From Octopus vulgaris (taxonomy: Eukaryota), in NCBI GenBank assembly GCA_951406725.2, contig OX597814.1:199888001-199952000 (forward strand): a DNA stretch of 64,000 bases, given 5' to 3'. Below the pieces are notes generated by a model. It searched no databases, had not been told where the DNA came from, and saw nothing but the letters and a program-made list of their open reading frames with translations. Position numbers and translations under genes: made by a program. Of this stretch, positions 1 through 13,515 are shown piece after piece (the stretch's first letter is position 1; the number at the start of each line of letters is the position of its first letter).

Positions 1-278
1 GATTCCTACATAGCTGTGAGCAAACACAGACATCTTTTTAACTTTCTCGCCATTTGACCCAGTGGTACATTGAGGATGTGAGTGCTGAGGGTAGTGAGTT
101 GTGTTTAGTTCATTAGCTCTGAGCTGGTACTCATTTTCACTGACTGAGCTGGGGCAATGTGAAATGAAGTACCCTGCTCAAAGATACAACACACTAACTG
201 GCCCAGCAGTTGAACACTCAGTATTATGAGAACAAGCCAAATATCAATAAACCACATTGTCTACTTACATACTTACAT

Positions 279-321
<43 letters not shown>

Positions 322-439
322 CTCGTTTACTCTTTTATTTGTTTCAGTCATTTTGACTACAGCCATGCTGGAGTAACACCGTAAAGGTTTTTAGTTGAAG
401 AAATCACCCCAGGACTTATTCTTTCGGTCGCTTTTTGCC

Positions 440-573
440 TATGGTACTTAGGTTGAGGCACCAGAATTTAGTATGGTATTATCCATACAATTTCAAAGTA
501 AGGTGATTAAAATCAAAATAAGCAACAAGGATATCCAGAGGTAATGCAGTACGATCGTTTCATGCAACTCCAT

Positions 574-577
<4 letters not shown>
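440..577 (-). mobile_element. Penelope-like terminal-repeat fragment with the 3' half of a hammerhead
   Basis: Minus strand reads atg-gagttg-cat-GAAAC-GATC-GTA-ctgcatt (palindromic ACGATCGT); the CUGANGA half is lost at the adjacent (TA)n tract. Confidence 0.4.
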
Positions 578-609
<32 letters not shown>

Positions 610-620
610 AGGAAGTTAAT

Positions 621-1190
621 TATATAGCCACTCAGTCATACAGTGACCAATGGTTTCACATCCATAAAGTACTTAGCTTCATAGATGACTCATTGCAAAA
701 TGGAGACAAAAAAAAAACGTTACAATCAGTTAATTTTGTAATAAAAATATATTGTCTGTGCCTTAGGTGGAATTGTATATCACTCTTAGATCAAGTCTGG
801 TCAGCAAATCTTTTATGGCCTTAATCAACAAAGGGGGATTTTCATTCTTAGATTGATTCCAGTCAGCAAATTTTTTTATGCCTCTAATCAATGAACAGGA
901 AACCCACACTTGCAATAGGTAACATTTAGAGTGTGGACAAAGGCTGAAGAGCTCATTTCTGGAATTTAAAAGGGTCTCCAGATCAAATGAGAGCTTTAGG
1001 ATTGTTGCTCCCTTCTATTCTGGAAAGAGGTTATATACCCATGGTCACTGGAGTTGGATATGCTGCTATAAGGATGCTGTCCATAAAGATGCTTTATGGA
1101 TGCAAAACCACCGGTCACTCTATTGCTGGCCATGTAAGTAACCGCCTATAAATACATTACCGCTCTAATGTTTAAAATGTGTTCCTTTTT
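621..1190. mobile_element. Decayed Penelope-like element with inverted terminal copies
   Basis: Revcomp of ~625-669 (ctttatggatgtgaaaccattggtcactgta) matches ~1092-1122 (ctttatggatgcaaaaccaccggtcactcta); hairpin tccataaag/ctttatgga precedes an (G/A)AAAC...GTC motif. Confidence 0.4.
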
Positions 1191-1809
1191 CAGATATACA
1201 ATTCACTGATTGTATGTGTGTGAAGATATAGATAGTTACGTAGAAGTTTATTTCTGTATGTATGTATGTATATGTCTGTGTGCAGACACTGACACACACA
1301 CATTTATATACATATTATAACGAAGAACATTAAAAGTAGTATTTTATTATACTTTCACTTCAGAAATTATTTAAGAATATTACTATGGAATTTGAATGCT
1401 GCCAATATGCAAAGAAATCTAGAGTTTGTAAGACAGTCATCTGGAGTTAATGGAAGGAAGGAAAGAGTGTTGTAGACATACAATACTTAGAAGTGACTTA
1501 AAAATAAGAAAAATATATAATACATAGTTTACATTATAAGTACCATCACGTACTTAAATTGTTAAAGTAGATAATACAGATTATATAGATGAATGTCTTA
1601 AATGACTGTTCATCAGAATGTAAGCATTGTTATAACGGTGAAAGAAAGAGAGAAAATATAGTATTTTTAGGAATGAAATTTCTTTCTACATGAAGTAAGA
1701 AGAGTTTCTTGATAACATGGTTTTAATAATTCAGAAATTTAATGTGCTTCATGACCAACTGAGTGGGTGTCAATCTATTATTATACAACACTTTTTTTTT
1801 ATATATATG

Positions 1810-2089
1810 TGCCCTTTTCAAGCCTAGCCAGGCTCATGGGCCCGGTTTCCCAGTTTCTATGCCGTATAGGTTCCCCCTAGCTGGATGGGACGCCAGCCAA
1901 TCGCAGTGTTACTCAAGAAACAAGAAGAAAGAGTGAGAGAAAGTTGGGGGTGAAAGAGTACAACAGGGGTCACCACCCCCTGCCAGAGCCTCGTGGAGCT
2001 TTAGGTGTTTTCGCTCAATAAACACACACAAAACCACGATCCTCCGACCGCGAGTCCACTTCCTTAACCACTGGGCCATTGTACCTCCA
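1810..2089 (-). mobile_element. tRNA-derived SINE family A
   Basis: Head ggaggtacaatggcccagtggttaagg on minus strand, homologous to 5143 and 28541; TSD tatacaacactt at 1782-1793 and 2090-2101. Confidence 0.85.
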
Positions 2090-3970
2090 TATACAACACT
2101 TGTACAGTGCATAAAATGATCCAAACAATAAAGTAAACCATTTAGTCACTTGTATAGTCAACAAAAAAGTTGCAACTCTTGTCTGATGCACAAAAGTACA
2201 AAACAAAACAACCAAAATATTTAAGTGCCTCATGAATTTTGTGCATAGAAGTAGAAATTAGTTTAGAAAATTTATTAAATAAAGGAAGAACCATTCAATG
2301 AAAAACAATGTTTAATAAGCTGCAGATAAACAAAAATGACTTGATGAAACTCCTGTATGGTTTGCCTGCAGGGATTAATTTCAACTTCATATTAAAGTTG
2401 ACATTTTTAGCTGTATATTGATAAATTTGTATCTCTGTGATTGAATTTGCTCCAATATAATGAAGATGCTGTAAATATAATTTCAAAAACATTCAATGAA
2501 AGTCCTGTATGAATTTTCAAAATCCATTTTTTTGTATTTAGCATAGCTCTGTAAATATTTTTGGTAGTGCTTGTTTGTTCCAGTGGATTTCATTTGGATT
2601 AGTACCATGACAAACATTAGAATTTTGGTTAGCAGTCAGATCCTATGATTTCAATCTAATCAGGTTGGATGTTATTTCTTCGATATCGAATGAGTGATTT
2701 TAACAGAACTGTAGCTAATCCTTTTCTAACACCTCTGTTTGGGTGGAAAATATTATTTAAACTTTTACCACAAGGATCTTGCTGATTGAAGAAGGGTTCT
2801 GCCAAGTTATGTCATTATTTTTTTATTTGGATGAGGTGTTCTAATATATCTTTTGTCATAGAAACCACTATGTTTTAGAAGATCATTGTAGAACTTAGCG
2901 ACATCTTAAAAATAACAGTATTTGAACAATCATTAAACAGTGAACGTTTTGTGCTAAGGTTGAGGGTAACATAAAGTTAAAATCAAATGTTATTTTCTAT
3001 TTAAATATTTAAATTGCTTGAAAAAGTTATAGAAATCTTTCCATAGTTTTTCTTTTTAAATCCACTTTTGAGAATTAAAAGATGATTATCCCTGTAGAAA
3101 CCTCAATTTCAAAGGAAAAACTTTTTATATCATAACTTAGGGTACATAATCATACAGTTGTTAATTTTCACCAAATACCTCACAACAATTCTGACATCAA
3201 AAGAGACCTTAAGAATTGTTTTTATGCAAAACAGAACCAATTTTCAGGCATAAAAAATAAATAAAATATCAATTTATGCAATGATAATTTAGGAAAGATT
3301 TTTTACAAAATTAATAGCATTCTCTACAGGATTTCAAAAATTGAAGAATAACTATCATGAAAAGTTCAATGAAGAAACAGCTTTATTAGCTATGGGTTTG
3401 AACCAATTAATTATAGAATTTCTTTTTTCTAATGGAGTAAAGGAGATACTCTCCAAATTTTGGACATTATCTGTGAAGAGTTGTGAACAAATTTAGTTTT
3501 TCACCTTTTTTCAAAGCAAGGGATTCAAGTCTGTTGTCATTTATTTAATTTGTTAATGATATTTTTGACTTCTGTGTTTATGCTAAAAATCTATTTGCTT
3601 CTGGTACATTTTGGTGATAGAATTAACTAAGGATTTATGGTAAGAAGATTGAAAGAATATCTCTCTATTGAGTAAAGTTTTTTTTTCTAATCAGAAGGTA
3701 AACAAATATTTTGTTTTGCTATCAGGAAACTTTCTCAGCTTATTGTTTAAATCCCCCTAGAATTGTATCAAATGATTATAAAATTTGAATATTCTTTATC
3801 ATATTTAGCAGGTCTTCACGTTATATCTGTAACATCATAAACTAGGTAAAACTTGCTTTATGTCAACAGTTATTACGAACAGAAACTGGATAGCTTGTAT
3901 TACAAAAATATAGTGCTTGGCATTTCCACATTTTGATGAAATGTTTCATTAGTGAAGAAACCCTGGATTA

Positions 3971-4199
3971 AGGCGGCGAGCTGGCAGAAACATTAGCACG
4001 CCAGGCGAAATGCTTAGCAGTATTTTGTCAGCTGCTACGTTCTGAGTTCAAATTCCGCCGAGGTCGACATTGCCTTTCATCCTTTCAGGGTCGATTAAAT
4101 AAGTACCAGTTACACACGGGTCGATACAACCGACTTAATCCATTTGTCTGTCCTTGTTTGTCCACTCTGTGTTTAGCCCCTTGTGGGCAGTGAAGAAAT
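3971..4199 (+). mobile_element. tRNA-derived SINE family B
   Basis: ggcggcgagctggcagaaa head, B-box gagttcaaattcc, core gcctttcatcctttcagggtcgattaaataagtaccag; more than 10 copies in the window. Confidence 0.85.
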
Positions 4200-4427
4200 C
4201 AACTGAAATTTTATGAGAAGTAAAGGGATGATTTTTTCATTGAAATCAAGTGATATATCTGAATTAATCTGGTATTACAAAATTGTTGAATAATTTGAGG
4301 GATGAAACGGCAATAAAATAGTATTCTTGATAGTCTTCAGTTTTGTTGTCTACAAGACATTGCTCTACTTTTTGAATAAAGTATATTTTATGCAAGAGTG
4401 TTTCTTGTCTATAAAACAAATTAATCA

Positions 4428-4735
4428 TATGGGCAATGTCCTCATGCATGTAAAACGAAGCACAAATGAAGTGGAAAAAATTGGGTGTAAGAAGAATTAG
4501 ATCTTGTGTGCAAGAGAGAAGACTGTTGGCATAGTTATGTGATGTGTATTGATGAGAAAGTTGTACAAAGAAGGGGCAATTGCTAAATGTGGATGGAACT
4601 TGAGAAAGAAGGAAATTTTGGAAAACATGGGATGAATTAGTGATGGCTGATCTCAAGATGCTGAGCTTAACAAAAAAGATTAAAAAGAACAGAAATGATT
4701 TGCAGTGCTTGAAAAGACACATCTGTCTCAATGGA
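4428..4735 (+). mobile_element. RTE-clade LINE ORF2 C-terminal relic
   Basis: Frameshifted translation EKLGVRRIRSCVQERRLxWHSYVM...KTWDELVMADLKMLSLTKK..NRND matches the RTE pattern RRLRWxGHV / GRPRKTWxxxVxxDL. Confidence 0.75.
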
Positions 4736-5142
4736 AGTGAGTTCCTAAAGTGTTATGTCTATACATTCACTGGTTCTGCCCCTACACTCACTCGGTCCCT
4801 ATTAGATCTTCCCACCTCTCATCTCTTCCCTACCCCTCCACTCTTCTAACTATGACACTATATGGCTGCTATAAACGTATGAGAACTAACTATGCACATA
4901 TTTCACATCCCACTTAGTGCTGTCTGTTACCTCCCCTTCTTCTGGAAACCACTTTCTTTTAAAATCTGCCCCTCATTCTCAATATTATTCCTTCCCACTT
5001 TACCTTCCATTGGTTAATCCTTTCTGTGCCCCCAGTTATCTCCCCATCTCCTCTGAACCACGTTTTAAGACTGCCATACTTCATTTTCAGCATTGTCTCT
5101 CATCTGCTAGCATTGTCATCCCCTTGTTATATCTGCCATCGT

Positions 5143-5525
5143 GGAGGCGCAATGGCCCAGTGGTTAGGGCAGCGGACTCGCGGTCGTAGGATCGTGGTTT
5201 CGATTCCCAGACCGGGCGTTGTGTGTGTTTATTGACCGAAAACACCTAAAAGCTCCACAAGGCTCCGGCAGGGATGGTGGTGATCCCTGCTGTACTCTTT
5301 CACCACAACTTTCTCTCACTCTTACTTCCTGTTTCTGTTGTACCTGTATTTCAAAGGGCCGGCCTTGTCACTCTCTGTGTCACGCTGAATATTCCCGAGA
5401 ACTACGTTAAGGGTACACGTGTCTGTGGAGTGCTCAGCCACTCACACATTAATTTCACGAGCAGGCTGTTCCGTTGATCGGATCAACCGGAACCCTCGTC
5501 GTCGTAACCGACGGAGTGCTTCCAT
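5143..5525 (+). mobile_element. SINE family A, long-tail variant
   Basis: A/B-box head (tggcccagtgg; ggtttcgattcc); TSD atatctgccatc at 5129-5140 and 5528-5539. Confidence 0.9.
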
Positions 5526-5784
5526 CCATATCTGCCATCAAAGCCTTCACCCAACTTTGTCCCCTGATCACGAATGCTACCCCTATGTACCTCTGGCATC
5601 CATCTCTGTCACTGTGTATTTCTTTCTCTCTCACTCTCCCATCTACCATGTCATCTCCATATTTTCTGATCTATTTTCTATATCTTTGTTATATTGTTGT
5701 TGCTGCCCCTTCTTGTACTATTCTTTATCACCACCCTCTTTCTTAACCACTTCTATTTCTTTCACTTTCCTTTACATATACTGA

Positions 5785-6180
5785 TACTCTTTTCTCTTTA
5801 CTTGTTTCAGTCATTTGACTGTGGCCATGCTGGAGCATTGCATTTAGTTGAGCAAATCGACCCCAGGACTTATTCTTTGGAAGCCTAGTACTTGTTCTAT
5901 CGGTCTCTTTTTCCGAACCGCTAAGTTACGGGCACGTAAACACACCAGCATCGGTTGTCAAGTGATTTTGGTGGACAAACAAAGACACACAAACATATAC
6001 GCACTCACATACATATATACAATGGGCTTCTTTCAGTTTCCGTCTACCAAATCCACTTACAAGGCTTTGGTCAGCCCGAGGCTATAATAGAAGACACTTG
6101 CCCAAGGTGCCATGCAGTGGGACTGAACCCGGAACCATGTGGTTTGTAAGCAAGCGACTTACCACACAACCACTCCTACA
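5785..6180 (-). mobile_element. tRNA-derived SINE family C
   Basis: Head gtggttgtgtggtaag, gggttcagtccc B-box-like, ttgggcaagtgtctt core, internal (TG/TA)n, tail gactgaaacaagtaaagag. Confidence 0.85.
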
Positions 6181-7126
6181 CTTCCACATTTGTTCCATTA
6201 CATTCACTCTCTACATCCATCCCTAACCATCAAGCATTTTCCTCTCACACTCTAATGAACTTGTCTGCCCACCTTTCTCAGTATTTTGTCTGCATTCTCT
6301 CTTGTACTCATCTTCTTATATTTTGTGATTATCCCCTGGACACACACACACACATGTGAGGCTGCAAGGCCTAGTAGTCAGGGTGTTGCACTCATGATTC
6401 AGCAATTGTAATTTCAATTCCTAGACCTAGTCGTGCATGGTATTCTTGAACAAAACACGTCATCAGACATTGCTTAGAAAATAATTTTCGCCCCAGCATG
6501 GCCACAGCTCATGAGCTGAAACTAGATAAAATAAATAAATAAAAAAAAAAAATTGTATATAGTACACATTGGGGATTTCGACCGTATAATTTTTGGGGGA
6601 AAATGCTGATTATACTTGAGGATTTATGGTAGACGAAAATCTAGTTTTCAGCTTAAATGTTTATACAAGTAGAGCCAAAGTGTTTCTTGAATAGTCTCAT
6701 ATTCATTTAACAGAGATCATACATCCTTCATAATCTATTATAAATATTACTATTAAAATTTCTTTGTTAAAATTTTTATTGCACTCTCATTCCATTAATC
6801 AAAATCATATGTCAAGTAATAGTAAACACTCTAAACAATTAGAATTTCATGAACTCTTATAACTGACTGCTTAGAGAAATGTACCCTGCTAGTTCTTTAG
6901 TATACTGTGTCAAAGTAATGTTGATGAATGATAAGTCTCAAAAAAAAAAAAAAAACTTACATTAGAAATACAAAGATATGAAATTCAAAATGAAATATTA
7001 CTCATGTAGACGTTTGTTAGTCAAACTAAATACAAAATTTTCAACTGAACTTTCAGGATATATTTGTAGATTGAGGTAAAACTTGTACTTTTAATGTAAT
7101 GTAATTTCTCAATTTTATGCCAGCTT

Positions 7127-7652
7127 ACATACAAGAGAATACCCTCCATCAGGTATTTGCCATATTCTGAATGCCTTACTTCGATGGGCATGGACACATT
7201 GAAACTCCCACGTCTGGCAGCTGACTTGGCCGACACCCATAAAATTATTAACCATCTTACAAACAATAACTCTGAGCACCTTTTCAAACTCCATCTGTCT
7301 AACACCCGTGGACATGTTTACAAAGTCAAAAAACAGCACAGCTCCCATGACTTTCGGAAACATTTTTTCACGCTAAGAGTTGCTGAAGCATGGAACAAAC
7401 TGCTGGCATCAGTTGTTAGTTGTCGGAGCACTGCATCCTTCAAAACTTCCATGCTTCCTGAGATTCGCCAACACTACACCTGATTTTCTTCCCTCCATAC
7501 ACACGCAAGCATGTATCTGACTCATACACTGTTCACTTCCCAGACATTTGTACATTACTGCATATGCTTTATATGCACTTTTAACAAGTTGTGGTGCACC
7601 TGAGCACTGTATACAATAATTTCAGTATTATTATTATTATTATTATTATTAT
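7127..7652 (+). mobile_element. CR1/L2-type LINE 3' end (ORF2 C-terminus, 3' UTR, (TAT)n tail)
   Basis: ORF 7157-7483 LPYSECL..LKLPRL..DL..THKII..TRGHVYKV..RKHFFTLRVAEAWNKL..SFK is the typical CR1 ORF2 end; (tat)n at ~7626-7652. Confidence 0.85.
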
Positions 7653-7866
7653 ACACTGAAAAACGAAAATATGTTGTCTTCTTAACTTAATTGAAATATA
7701 AGCTTATTACAGAAGGGGAACATTTTAATTCTAGAAATGGCATTCTTTGAAATTTTTTGCAATGAAGGGAAATGATCCCAAAAGACATATTCACCGTAGG
7801 ATTATTTCAATAAGATGTATCTTATCATATTCTTAAGTTTCTTTTGTGTTGTTTTACATATTCTTT

Positions 7867-7920
<54 letters not shown>

Positions 7921-8938
7921 CTCTCTCCTTCCTTTTTGTCACTTGATGATTTATGATGCCATGGAAAGCAAATCCTGACTTTGTTTTAAAACTTGACATT
8001 ACTTTCCTTATATTCTTTTATATATATATTCCTTTATTCACTTTCTTCCTTGCCCATCTTGTTCACCATTTGTTTCTCTTTCTTTAACTTTGCAGTATTT
8101 TCTAATATTCGACAGTGAATGACTTTTCGTTAGTGACCTAAAATATCTGTAATAATATAATTGAATTACAGTTGGGTATCTTGTTTTCATTCGTTTGTTT
8201 TTAATTGGGTGATTTTCATCTTTGCATATACATCCTTTCAAACATTTTATATTTATTTGATTTTATCATCATACATGGCCACTAAATAAAAATTGTTTCA
8301 TTAATAGCACAACCTACATTGCACCAGTAGTCACACCATCATATATTAAAATCATATATAGGCTTAACTTCCAATTAACTCTAAAGACAACACATGACCA
8401 TTATTTAAAACAAAATGATACCTCATTTTCTAAGTATATATGGTATATATGGCAATTTCAATTTTAAAAAAACATCTCCCATAGTATTGAAAATTGGAAA
8501 ATTCTTTCACTTATGCAAGAATCAGAACTTGCTAATTTTGTACCGCTGAATCCTTAAAATGATGTTCTTTATAATGAAACTAGTTTCTGCCTGTAAGCAT
8601 AAAATATCTGATACTACAAATTTTTAAACCTGTAATTTTTCTCAAACAGCTGAGATAAATACTAATTTCATCCAACAAAAATAGACATAGTCACAATAAG
8701 CAATCTCTCTCCCACCACTGAACTCATAAGCCTTCTACATAGCAATTCTTAACATTTACTCCTAACATCTACTTATTTAATCTGTCAAGCAGATCTACTT
8801 AGCTATCTTTTATAGGTGTAGCCATCTATGTACACATAGATCTACCGTACGCATGCATTTTTATGAATTTATATGCATCTTCTAATATGTATCTTTGTGC
8901 ATATATGTTTTCTCTTTGGATATGTGTATGTGAATATA

Positions 8939-9926
8939 CAGGATGCGATAGGTAAATTGTAAACATTTTCTATTTATAATTTCGTGCATGAGAATTGCTT
9001 TTTATAATTTTGTCAACTACACAGTATAGTAGGGTCAGTTGGGCACCATCTGTAAGAAAAACAGCACCATGACGCAATTCATTCTGCCAGAAATTTGGAA
9101 ATGACATGCTGTACTGCTTGGCATTCATGCCGAAAGCTCCAATACAATCATTTCAGAATGTTTGTGCGTCAATCTAAGGACAGTGCAGAGGATTTGGAAA
9201 GAGCTGGATGAGTCTAATGGTGATTATGAAAGTATGGCAGCTCGAAAAACTCACTTTGATCATTCTGATAAGAAAAGAACTCCTGAATTTGTTGGTGAGA
9301 TATGGGCCATGATTGACAATGATCCCTCCAAGTCAATTAGGTCGATCACCAGGGATATGGGAGTGTCTGAGTTTCCTATCAGGCAAGTAGTGCATGAAGA
9401 TATTCGGTATTTCCCATACAAGATGAAAAAGGGCCAATTTTTATACCAAGCCATCAAGGACAAGGGGTAAGACTCAAGCATCCCCTCCAACTGAACATGC
9501 TTTGGTTTTGCTCAGACGTGAAAAATTTCTGCCAGGACCAAATGGTGGACACATAGAACAACTTTTGACTTGCCGTGTCCCTGAAACATGTACTGAGAGT
9601 GACAAAAATCAAACATCCAGCCAACATCATGGTATTTGGAGTGATTACTAGTGATAGTGACGTTATGCCTCCATTCATCTTCCCATGTGGCCTCAGACTC
9701 AACATAGAGGTTTATATCAAGTGCCTGGAAGAGGTAGTGCTGCCCTGAGTCAAGAGGGTGGCTGCTGGAAGACACTATGTCTGGCAACAGACCTCTGCAC
9801 TATGCTATACCAGCAGGAGAACTCAGTCATGGCTGTCAGACAATTTCTGTGATCACATCACCCCTAATATCTGGCCATCTAACTCCCTAGACTACAAACA
9901 CCTTGATTATTATGTGTGGGGTGCAG
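8939..9926 (+). mobile_element. Tc1/mariner-superfamily DD37D (maT-type) transposon relic, 3' truncated
   Basis: TA-caggatgcgataggtaaattgt left end; HTH-like RTVQRI and SIRSITRDMGVS; SDVK at the first catalytic site; QQ(T)SA...WPSNSLDYKHLDYYVWG with 37 residues between the 2nd and 3rd catalytic positions; stops and frameshifts. Confidence 0.85.
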
Positions 9927-10024
9927 TTTTTTTGTTTTAACTCCTGTCCAAATATATATATTATTTGTGTATGAATATAGTGACATCAGTATATTTTGCA
10001 TATATATATATATGTCTGTGTGTG

Positions 10025-10055
<31 letters not shown>

Positions 10056-10070
10056 ATATATATATATATA

Positions 10071-10137
10071 CTTTATTTAAAGCAGCAGAAAATTCAACAA
10101 AAAGGTTTTGTTGAATTTTCTGCTGCTTTAAATAAAG
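10071..10137. repeat. Perfect 32-bp inverted repeat with 3-nt loop
   Basis: ctttatttaaagcagcagaaaattcaacaaaa-agg-ttttgttgaattttctgctgctttaaataaag. Confidence 0.95.
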
Positions 10138-10207
10138 CATATTACTCTACCACTGGTATTTGAGTACTCTTTTTTCCATCTTGTTTCACATTCATGTGTT
10201 TACTCCA

Positions 10208-10208
<1 letters not shown>

Positions 10209-10258
<50 letters not shown>

Positions 10259-10551
10259 GTGTGTGTCTGTATATATATGTGTGTGTATATAAATGTGTGT
10301 GTATATATATATGTGTGTGTATATATATATGTGTGTTTGTGTATATATATATGTGTGTGTATATATATATGTGTGTGTGTATATATATATATGTGTGTGT
10401 GTATATATATATGTGTGTGTCTATATATATGTGTGTTTGTGTATATATATATGTGTGTGTATATATATATGTGTGTGTGTATATATATATATGTGTGTGT
10501 GTATATATATGTGTGTGTGTATATATATGTGTGTGTGTATATATATATATA

Positions 10552-10582
<31 letters not shown>
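10209..10582. repeat. Compound (TA)n(TG)n microsatellite/minisatellite
   Basis: Alternating TA and TG blocks with ~20-bp periodicity. Confidence 0.95.
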
Positions 10583-10715
10583 TGCGCTGGTATGGTCATG
10601 TGGCGAGAATGGATGAAGAGAGGTGTGTCCTTCGGGCTTCCCAGACCCCAGTTGAACCGTCCAACCCATGCTAGCATGGAAAGCGGACGTTAAACGATGA
10701 TGATGATGATGATGA
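10582..10715 (+). mobile_element. RTE fragment (LRWYGHVARMDEERCV) joined to RTE 3' terminus with (GAT)n tail
   Basis: Translation of 10582-10629; tail ccaacccatgctagcatggaaagcggacgttaaacgatgatg. Confidence 0.7.
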
Positions 10716-10845
10716 TATATATTTATGCTTTTGTTAGCTTGATACTTATTCCATCAGTTCTTTTACTGAATGCAAACACATCAACACCACCAGTTGTAAA
10801 TAGTGGTGGACAAACACAGACACACACACACATAAATGTATATCT

Positions 10846-11064
10846 TTCTTTTCTTTTATCTTTTACTTGTTTCAGTCATTTGACTGTGGCCATGCTGGAG
10901 CACCGCCTTTAGTCGAGCAAATCGACCCCAGGACTTATTCTTTGGAAGCCTAGTACTTATTCTGTCAGTCTCTTTTGCCGAACAACTAAGTCACGGGGAC
11001 GTAAACACACCAGCATCAGTTGTCAAGTGATGTTGGGGGGACAAATACAGACACACAAACATAT

Positions 11065-11099
<35 letters not shown>

Positions 11100-11260
11100 C
11101 AATGGGCTTCTTTCAGTTTCCATCTACCAAATCCACTTACAATGCTTTGGTCAGCCCAAGGTTATAGTAAAAGACACTTACTCAAGTTACCATGCATTGG
11201 GACTGAACCCAGAACCATGTGGCCGGGAAGCTAACTTCTTACCACACAGCCATGCCTACA
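10846..11260 (-). mobile_element. SINE family C
   Basis: Homologous to 5785-6180. Confidence 0.85.
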
Positions 11261-11791
11261 CTTAAAATAAGTACTATGATTTCATATATAAATAGAACAT
11301 ATGGCAGCTGGTTCTAGTACCTAGTTCTACTGAATCCTTATAAATAATTTTTATATATACATATATATAGTGAGAGCAAAAGAGAGAGATAAATACCTGG
11401 AAATGTGCATGTCAATAAGGCATGTGCATACATACATACTATTTGATATATAATCTCTGCTTGCCAGCATCCTGTACCCATATATGTATACGTATGTTTA
11501 TATATATGTGTGTGTGTGTGTCTGTGTGTGTGTGTAAGTATGTATGTTTGTATATGTATATACATATATATGTATGTGTATGTATATATATATGTAAACA
11601 TATGTGTATGTATATATATATATATATATATATTATATTAAATTAGAGATAAAACCACTATTAGGCAAATCATACAATGAAAAACTTAAGCCAATACATA
11701 AGATAAAAAAAGATAATTAATATAACACTACGATCCCTGTAAGTTTGGATTTATTCCCTAATATTTTATTATATATATATATATATATTAT

Positions 11792-11884
<93 letters not shown>

Positions 11885-12262
11885 CCATGCTAGCACGGAA
11901 AATGGATGTTAAACAATGATGATGATGATGATGATCCATGCACATCATCATCATTTAACATCCATTATCCATGCTGGCATGGGTTGAACAGCTTGATCAG
12001 AGCTGACAATATGGAGCACTACACAAGGATCCAGTCTAATTTGGCATGGTTTTTATGGCTGGATGCCCTTCCTAATGCCAACCACTTTACAAAGTGTGTC
12101 GGCTGACTCCAGCACAAGACTCTTGCAGGGCAATCCTCTACATCAGGGTGAGTGACCTTAACACTTCTGCTGTGGAGTACAGGTTTTCTTGAGTACAACA
12201 AGGCATCAAGCATCTCGGTCCTTTGTCAGTATATACTTGTATATTTATCCATACATACCCAT

Positions 12263-12513
12263 GTCATCATCATCACCGTTTAACATCCGTTTTCTATACT
12301 GGCATAGGTTGGATGGTTCGACTTGGTCTGGGAAGCCAGGAGGTTGCTGCAGGCTCCAGTCTGATCTAGCAATGTTTCTACAGCTGGATGCCCTTCTTAA
12401 CACCAACCACTCTGAGAGCGTAGTGGGTAATTTTTTACGTGCCACCTGCACAGGGGCCAGAAGGGGCTGGCATCGACCATGATTGGATGGTGTTTTTTAA
12501 GTGCCACTGGCAC
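12263..12513 (-). mobile_element. RTE LINE 3' UTR fragment (family D)
   Basis: (CAT)n tail, tttctacagctggatgcccttc, gtgccac repeats. Confidence 0.75.
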
Positions 12514-12545
12514 ATATATATGTATGGCAAGAAGAAAATGGAGGG

Positions 12546-12852
12546 AATCCAGACGTAGAATTCAACAGCTGTTAGACATTATATTATGTCTATTTATTTT
12601 AAACAGTTCAGATAATATATAAATACTTGTGTAAAGTATTAGTAATACTAGTAATTTCTAGAATAGAGAAAGAAGAGCAGTTTCTTACAGCTGTTTCTGT
12701 CAAGAGGTCACAGTACCCCACATGTTATTTCCATCTTTTCAGTGTACTCTTAGTAATCTGTAGATAAAATTAGAGTACTTGGATATACCTCTAAGCTTCA
12801 TCAGAGAGTTTTTTATAAGCTAGTCCAAGAAGTTCATAGAGTTAATTTATGC
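12546..12852 (-). mobile_element. ~305-bp Penelope-like/retrozyme-like repeat, copy 1, with hammerhead core
   Basis: Near-identical to 17582-17881; minus strand CTGATGA (12804-12798) ... GAAAC-AGCT-GTA (12697-12686). Confidence 0.6.
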
Positions 12853-13494
12853 ATACATATATATATATACACACAAGTTTACACATATACTCAGATATGC
12901 ACATATAAAAATATATGCACACATACGTACATATATGTCTATTAAATAATCTGTAATGATTTTATAGAAGTGTATCATTTACTAATAGTAAGATAAATCT
13001 ACATATAATTTTGTTTCACCAAATAGGATTTTTCAAAGTTTGATAAATAAAAATATTAATATCATGAATTTCAAACCACCAGTGGATACAACAAATAAAA
13101 TAATACTGAAAAAAGAACTTTACATGGGAAGTCATATGATGTGTTCATAAGGTAGGAAAGAAAAAGATATAAAAAGTATTTTAAAATCAGATAGAACCAG
13201 AAAAATAATGTGAAAAAATAACTACCCTTTGATGAAATAGTAGTTAGTGTATATGTAATGTCACTATTTATTTACAAATATAATTGCAAATGATTAACAT
13301 TCAGAAAAAACCTACTATTTTGTGAGAGTTGGTTGTGTGTGTACGTGTGTTACACTGAATACTTGTCTGTGTTAATGTTTTATCTTTCTATCAAGTTTTT
13401 TTTTTCATGTTATTAGTGAGACATCACGTCTGTTTTCACCAGTGACAGATATATCACGTCCTTCTACGCCAAAGACACAACTGCAGATACTCAC

Positions 13495-13515
13495 ATGGCA
13501 GCAGCGAATGTCCAT
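13495..13515 (-). CDS. Candidate first coding micro-exon MDIRCCH
   Basis: gtgttATGG Kozak-like start, 7 codons, then a strong donor CAT|GTGAGT, in non-repetitive DNA; no downstream exon identified. Confidence 0.25.

Noticed and set aside
2300-3900. Possible very old LINE RT (NYRIS..., QSKGFK-like words)
   Set aside because: Motifs too degenerate and frames too broken to support by eye; needs a translated HMM search
5143-5215. tRNA gene
   Set aside because: A/B boxes are present but continue into a SINE core with a TSD and multiple diverged copies; no clean cloverleaf or terminator
10160-10693. Long Cys/Val/Tyr/Ile-rich ORFs (also 31199-32160, 53802-54186, 61758-62511)
   Set aside because: Translations of dinucleotide microsatellites
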